This document shows, one piece after another, positions 58,448 to 64,000 of a stretch of 64,000 bases of DNA. Origin of the DNA: Schizochytrium sp. TIO01 (lineage: Eukaryota > Protista > Bigyra: Labyrinthulomycetes); the NCBI GenBank assembly GCA_004764695.1, contig SMSO01000007.1, positions 1,433,270 to 1,497,269 on the forward strand, written 5' to 3'. The translations under genes were made by a program, and so were the position numbers. Every line of letters begins with the position of its first letter. Position 1 is the first letter of the stretch. The notes beneath the pieces are model-generated. The model did no database searches and was not told the origin of the DNA. It saw nothing but the letters and a program-made list of their open reading frames with translations.

Positions 58448-58927
58448 TAAAGCGGGAGCAATGAAGTGCAATGCACACATATCTGTAAGGCCATCAGGAC
58501 TCTATAGGGTGTCTGATGGGCGATGCCAATGTGTTGCGTAGACTCCAAGATAGACGAATAAACCTATGAATGTATTCGTGATCCTTCTGACCTTCATAAA
58601 TTGAATTCAAAGAAGGCTGCCCGAGGAGGAACACGACGATCCCTAAAAGTATTATCTTTAAGATAGACCACACTAAACACTATTTTTTTTGTATTGTTCT
58701 CAATCTCCCTTCATCCTTTCTGCTGACAGAACTTGTCTGTTTACATTTCAGGCATTGTTTATCGCAATGATTGTTCTGTAATCCATTCAGTAAGCAATAG
58801 TATTCCTTGTCAGGAGGATACGTCTTGAAAAATAGAAAGGGCAAAACAGAAAACATGTATATACTCTTTGTATCATTTATAAAGTCTGAACTTTTGAGTA
58901 TCAGAAGGTTGTAAATATAAGAAAAAA

Positions 58928-60481
58928 CTATGCAAGATTAAATCTCTCGTGTAAACTCTCCCGCACGGCCTGGGCAAGGTCATCATAGGTTTCAAAGCCA
59001 AGCTTGTCTGTGATGATAGTTTTCCACTTGTTTTGCAGAAACTCTTGATCGTCCTGATCAAAGGTTTGCTTGTGCTTTTTAGTCACTACACGTGTTGACT
59101 CGGCAAAATGCACTGCCATCCGAGATCTATTAAGACGTACAATCTCCTTAGACGCCCAACTCTCGTCAAACTTCGAGGCGTGCTTACGCATGGCCTCCTT
59201 TGTACTTCCTGCTGTCACGCGATCAATCAATTCCTCTGTGATGTTTTCAATTTCCATAAACTCTGCAATGGCCCGAATCTGGGTCCTAGAGTCTGTGAGG
59301 AAGTCCTCAAACACGAGGCAGAGTACGGACGGGTCATTCCGGCATTGATAGTACTCGTAAAAGTAATCCCAAAGACGAGCGCCAAACATCTGGCCATCAG
59401 CAATATCCTCACATCGTAGGAATTCCCCAAGAGTGCTTTCACAGACCTCTGGAACACCCTTTTCCCGCAGGAAGTTGTAGTAAGAAATCACAATACTGCC
59501 AGGGTCTCGCACTGTCACAATGTATTTAGCTCCTGGCTGCACAGAAGCCAACCGGTGATGAGATTTGTACTGCCGAGGCACAAACGAATCATTGTAAGAT
59601 ACGTAAGGATCAAATCCAAAATCCCAAGACAACTCGATCCAAGGACTTGGCTGGTAGATATCAACAAAATCGAGTGCACCTGGGGTCGTACCGCCCTCCG
59701 TCCGCAAGAGATGGCAGATCCACTGGAGCATGGTCGTGCCTGACTTGGGTGCTGTAGCGATAATTACATCAGATGGCTGAGGTACGAAACACCGCGCTCT
59801 CTCGCTGCTTTCAATGGACATTGTCTTGGCCTTATGAGGTGGATCAATGCGTGGAATGGACAACGCCCAAGACATTTGATTCTTTAACTTCCAGTCATTT
59901 TTAGACTTCAATACCTCGCGCAAGCCTTTAGACCCCTGCTTTTCAACTTCCGAATAAAGTGCCTCGTGCAGGCCTACAGTTGGGAGCAGTGAACTCGGTG
60001 AGGTCGGGCAGCTCAAAGTTTGAATTGTTGCTCCTTCATCAGGAGCGTAATCTTGATCACTAAGACTCCCCTTGTCCATGCCCATAAGAATTGCGATAAG
60101 TTCTGTAAGCCGACCTTTTTCAGGAAAATCATCTTTCACAAGTATGAGAGCGTCAGGGTGGTGCCGCACTGCCCAGGCCTCTACGCACCTGCGTTGGTGC
60201 TCTTGATCCTGAGTGCCCTCACCGATGCTCGCATCGACGGAAACCACAATGATATATTTGGCTCCTGGTGGAGCCTCGCTCAAAAATCTCTCAAACTTGA
60301 ACACGCTACCATGGCCAGCTTTGCGAATGACTTGGTGGCACGCATCTTCGAGTTCCTGCGCGCCCCTTTCATTATGAAATGAGGGACTTGCCACAATCAC
60401 GAGGTCGCCAACTTTGGACTCCGACCACGTCATAGCCTCATCCTGAAGAATAGGCAACGTCCACATCGAGGTACCCTTCAT
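58928..60481 (-). CDS. PAPS-dependent sulfotransferase (cytosolic SULT-type) with an N-terminal extension of about 220 aa
   Basis: 5'-PSB DVIIATAPKSGTT, YKSHH, 3'-PB KYIVTVRDPGSIVISYY, and LVFED motifs. Confidence 0.9.
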   Translation of the reverse strand: MKGTSMWTLPILQDEAMTWSESKVGDLVIVASPSFHNERGAQELEDACHQVIRKAGHGSVFKFERFLSEAPPGAKYIIVVSVDASIGEGTQDQEHQRRCVEAWAVRHHPDALILVKDDFPEKGRLTELIAILMGMDKGSLSDQDYAPDEGATIQTLSCPTSPSSLLPTVGLHEALYSEVEKQGSKGLREVLKSKNDWKLKNQMSWALSIPRIDPPHKAKTMSIESSERARCFVPQPSDVIIATAPKSGTTMLQWICHLLRTEGGTTPGALDFVDIYQPSPWIELSWDFGFDPYVSYNDSFVPRQYKSHHRLASVQPGAKYIVTVRDPGSIVISYYNFLREKGVPEVCESTLGEFLRCEDIADGQMFGARLWDYFYEYYQCRNDPSVLCLVFEDFLTDSRTQIRAIAEFMEIENITEELIDRVTAGSTKEAMRKHASKFDESWASKEIVRLNRSRMAVHFAESTRVVTKKHKQTFDQDDQEFLQNKWKTIITDKLGFETYDDLAQAVRESLHERFNLA

Positions 60482-62136
60482 CGCTAGCGACTTGGTGCAC
60501 GTACGCGTTTACCCTGCCGTGGATATAGCAGCCCCTTGGTGAGTTTCGGGTCTGCAGCCACCTTGGATTACAAACGCAGATCGAGCATTGCAATCGCCTG
60601 GACTAGAACTACTACAACAACAACAATAACAAGAACTAAAAGTAAGCAAAAAGCTCTCGAGTCGCCACCCTTTTTAACTTCCTGCTTGAACCTTGTAGAC
60701 CAACGTCTTCATAGTGCCGCTCCAAACCTGTGCACATATCGCAGAGCCAGGTTTGTAGCTCAGTGGAAACGAAGCTTCTATCTTCACTTGCGATGAATTC
60801 ATTCCTTAATTCACATGTAAAGTTTCACTCACTCTGACTGCATAGGTACTATAGAAGCCGAATTCGCGTGAAATTTAGGATCAACTTCCCGAAATAGAAA
60901 CCTTTGCAGCTCATTTTATCCCTCGCGCGAATTGACTTCACGCCCAACAAGAAACCAATCTCGTGAGAGTGGGATTGATTGGCTATTCAGTCAGCAAGAG
61001 AAGACTCTACTCGACGATCCCAAACGTCTGCGCTAGTTCTCAAAAGTCGCATGATCAATCAAGCCGGGATTCGAGTGGCCATAAGCAGTGAGAGAAAGGA
61101 TAAAAATAGTTCTTAGAATGAACGATATGTTTACTTTCCCTCGCGACCTGAAGACTGCGCACGAACGCAGGGAAACAAACAGCTGGCCAAGCGATGTGCC
61201 ACGCTGTCAAGTCCGAACAGAAGACTCCTGGTTTGCGAAAATTGCAACGTACCAGAGCATCGAAGCCCCTTCACAATCACCCCGTGCGTGGACTTTCTTG
61301 ACGCAGAGGCACGTGCAAGAAACTGCAAAATCGAACTTAGCAAAGAACATAATTCTTCACCTTAAACGTTTCCAGAATCGTTTTCCCTATTTGAGTAATA
61401 GTGAAAGTGCTCCATGATTAAAAGTAATAGTAAAAGTGTTCTGTAAGTAGAACAGAGAATTAAAGTATTCGTGTTTCTTTTGAGTAAACGTAGTTTGTAG
61501 GTAAGAATGGTAATCAGAACAGAAAGTTTAAGAAGGAACAGCGTCAACAACATTGATTCAAAGTACACCAATACCATAATAGCTTCGTTTTTGAGGAATT
61601 GCGCATTTGTGTATACGAGTCACCGAGATCAAGTACCCACTGGCTGACATAGGAAACGGTTTATTTTTGTGGCTCTTGATCAGAAATCACGGTCTGCTCG
61701 CCATCTGATAATGCATTAAATAGTGGAAAGCACCGTAGGGAACGTCTTGTTAAGAGTACTTCGATGTTTATCGTTGAGCCATCACAAGCAAAAGCAGTTA
61801 TCTTCAAGACCTGCAATCTGTTACTTGGTCGCGCTATGCCCAAGCCTATGCATTCTCTTCGGCTCTGAGCACATGCGTAGTTTTTAGAAAGTTGCAGAAT
61901 TGCACAGATCAGTTCCATTGTACCATAATAAAAAACCATTCTACCTTTAACGAAGATAGTAAAATAATATGAATGTGCGGAATTCGAGGTTAGCTTCCTC
62001 AGTGCAGGTACTCGTGCAGTTCGTAATCAATCCGTGCAGTTGGTTGATAGCCTGCAGGCATTATCCTGCGCTTAGGGCACGCCTGCTTTGGTGGTTCTGA
62101 CGTGCTCTGCTTCGGTCACGGCACAGACGTTGGGGC

Positions 62137-63777
62137 ATGGATCATGCGGTCGGAGATAGCGCTGATGGGGCCACAAGCGTCCCGGGGGATCTCCAGGTTG
62201 CTGCTCACAGAGGACTCCGCGATGGGTCTGGAACCCAGAGCTGGAAAACAGCTCTGGAAAACAGTGAAAAGTCTGCCATTCGAGAGCTGCTAGTGGCGGT
62301 TCTGGCAGAGCTTGACGAGAATTCCGCGAAGGAGATCTTGCAGGAAGCAGCCCACTTACAACGTGCCGAGGAGAATGTCTCTCTTGAAAGAGTACATGAG
62401 ATTGTGGAGGGTATTTGCAATCATTTAGACCTTTCTGTCTCGCAGACCGTTGGCGTCCAAGGCTCGTACCGGAGGAAATTGCGATACAATATCGTGGCAG
62501 AAAACCTTGCCTTCATTGATGCTTTTAATGCACGAAGAAGGATGCAAGAAAATAGCTTAACACCTTTTCTTGAGGCGAATGCATACATTCTGCTGAGCCA
62601 CACAGAGTTCGGTCTTGCGATGAGCAATGGCTTGCAGGCAAACCTCACTAAAACCAATGGAAATGAATTTCTCGAAGAACTTCTTCAAGAGGATACCAGC
62701 GAAGAAGTGGCCTCCCAGTGGCCTGTGGATACAACGTGGGACTGGAAAATCCATGGTGCCGTCGGGCATGTCAAGAACCAGGGGTTTTGCGGTAGTTGCT
62801 GGGCCCACTCGGCAATCGCTGCAATCGAGGGTAAGATGGCCATCCAGCATCAAGAATTGTTCCAACTGAGCGCACAGCAGCTTTTGGATTGTTTTCGGCC
62901 CCTCGAGTATGGGTGTCGGGGCGGGAGCTTTCTTGATGTTCTACGCAATTACACCACAAACCATGCAATCTTGACAGAAAAGCGCTTACCATTTGTTGGA
63001 CAAGCCGCAGAACATTGTTTGGAGACGCGCGATCAAGAATCGCATGAAGGTGTTGTCGAGACTGAAAATGTGATTTGGTTTAAAGAAGCGCACCCTTCAG
63101 TCGTCGCAAACTTGGTTCGTCAGCAACCTGTAGCATCAAGCATTAAAGCAGCTAGTCGGTGCTTTCAGTTCTACGCGTCAGGCATTCTGGACGATGATGG
63201 CTGCTCCCAGGGGGATGAAACAATGAACCATGCAGTTACAATTGTAGGCTTCGAGCATACAGACGACCCTGATCGCAGGGCGTGGATCATCAAAAACTCA
63301 TGGGGGCGACATTGGGGTGAGGATGGGTTTGCGCGAATTAAGATCCATGCTAAATCACGTACAAGTGCTTTTGGTATTCACAAGCTCATTGCAGCTCCTT
63401 TATCAGTTTCATATTCCCAGCGCTGTCTTAACAGCTCTCAAGCGTGCAGTGGCGAAGGGCTTGCTGTAAACACAAGTAAAACCACCCCTTATGACGATGG
63501 TTCTTCAAAAGGTTCAGCTAATCGTGTACACATGATTGTCGCTGCTATGTTCTTGGTTTGGGTACTGGTTCTTATTTGCATAGTTGGAAGGGTGGCTTAT
63601 CGACAGTGGACTCGTAAAAGGCGCGGGCCACGGCCTCGAAGAGATCCATCCCTAACTCGTGCTAGTCACGAATCTCTTGTTCGATTGTTAGACGAATACG
63701 TTGATGATGATGATGACGAAGAGGAAACTGGCAACTCAGAGAGTAGACCTCGTCCGTACGACTCCTCCATCATTTAG
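62137..63777 (+). CDS. Papain-family (C1A) cysteine peptidase with degenerate I29 prodomain and C-terminal TM helix
   Basis: QGFCGSCWAHS (Gln/Cys), NHAVTIVG (His), WIIKNSWG (Asn); TM MIVAAMFLVWVLVLICIVG; basic then acidic tail. The 5' end is uncertain. Confidence 0.92.
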   Translation: MDHAVGDSADGATSVPGDLQVAAHRGLRDGSGTQSWKTALENSEKSAIRELLVAVLAELDENSAKEILQEAAHLQRAEENVSLERVHEIVEGICNHLDLSVSQTVGVQGSYRRKLRYNIVAENLAFIDAFNARRRMQENSLTPFLEANAYILLSHTEFGLAMSNGLQANLTKTNGNEFLEELLQEDTSEEVASQWPVDTTWDWKIHGAVGHVKNQGFCGSCWAHSAIAAIEGKMAIQHQELFQLSAQQLLDCFRPLEYGCRGGSFLDVLRNYTTNHAILTEKRLPFVGQAAEHCLETRDQESHEGVVETENVIWFKEAHPSVVANLVRQQPVASSIKAASRCFQFYASGILDDDGCSQGDETMNHAVTIVGFEHTDDPDRRAWIIKNSWGRHWGEDGFARIKIHAKSRTSAFGIHKLIAAPLSVSYSQRCLNSSQACSGEGLAVNTSKTTPYDDGSSKGSANRVHMIVAAMFLVWVLVLICIVGRVAYRQWTRKRRGPRPRRDPSLTRASHESLVRLLDEYVDDDDDEEETGNSESRPRPYDSSII

Positions 63778-64000
63778 ATTCTCATGTTTAGGCAAGGATA
63801 ACTTTGAATGGTCATTAATTCACATAGCGTGGCACCCTGTAGTGCCAGTGGTAGTCTAGACTATATATTCATCTATATTATATTTTTTAAGCTTCTTCTT
63901 CTCAGCTTAATTTCGATAAATTATTCTTTGACAAGAACGTCATTAAAACGTCAATATCGTGTACAGGTGTACCTCTTATGTTCAAAGCAGTGCATATAAA

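Noticed and set aside
57329-58548. 229-aa and 189-aa minus ORFs
   Set aside because: Antisense shadows of trmB.
58928-60481. Sulfotransferase as the enzyme modifying the Tyr-rich secreted paralogs
   Set aside because: It is cytosolic SULT-type with no signal anchor, unlike Golgi TPSTs, and lies 25 kb away.
61055-61080. tRNA T-arm-like sequence (minus strand CTCGAATCCCGGC)
   Set aside because: Lacks GTTC and no cloverleaf could be built.

Overview
Eukaryotic nuclear DNA, intron-poor, moderately gene-dense, with AT-rich, microsatellite-bearing spacers. Axonemal genes, xPTx-stalk secreted proteins and (GAAA)n/(CT)n tracts suggest a flagellated stramenopile, probably a thraustochytrid (inference, not proven). 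About 20 protein genes are supportable. In order: a KICS2/C12orf66-like protein; an IQ-WW protein with six novel W-x5-F-x-A-[FY] repeats; GAS8/DRC4; the ODA docking-complex subunit ODAD1/DC2; a Ser-rich hypothetical protein; an eIF4B/4H-like factor with two RRMs; HYPK; an AIFM2/FSP1-like oxidoreductase; two tandem secreted CTLD-like/PAN/PT-stalk/CUB paralogs with hypervariable Tyr-rich inserts; TrpD; a frame-broken non-RD receptor-like kinase; a spliced His-phosphatase; an ankyrin protein; a FAM149-like small protein; a spliced SHI/STY-like Zn-finger gene that the ORF track misses; an AIG1/FAR-17a-like membrane protein; a cyanobacterial-type TrmB; a sulfotransferase; and a membrane-anchored papain protease. 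Several long spacers hold apparent decayed-gene relics. No rRNA, tRNA, CRISPR array or intact mobile element was recognised. All family assignments are motif recognition by eye, with no database search.
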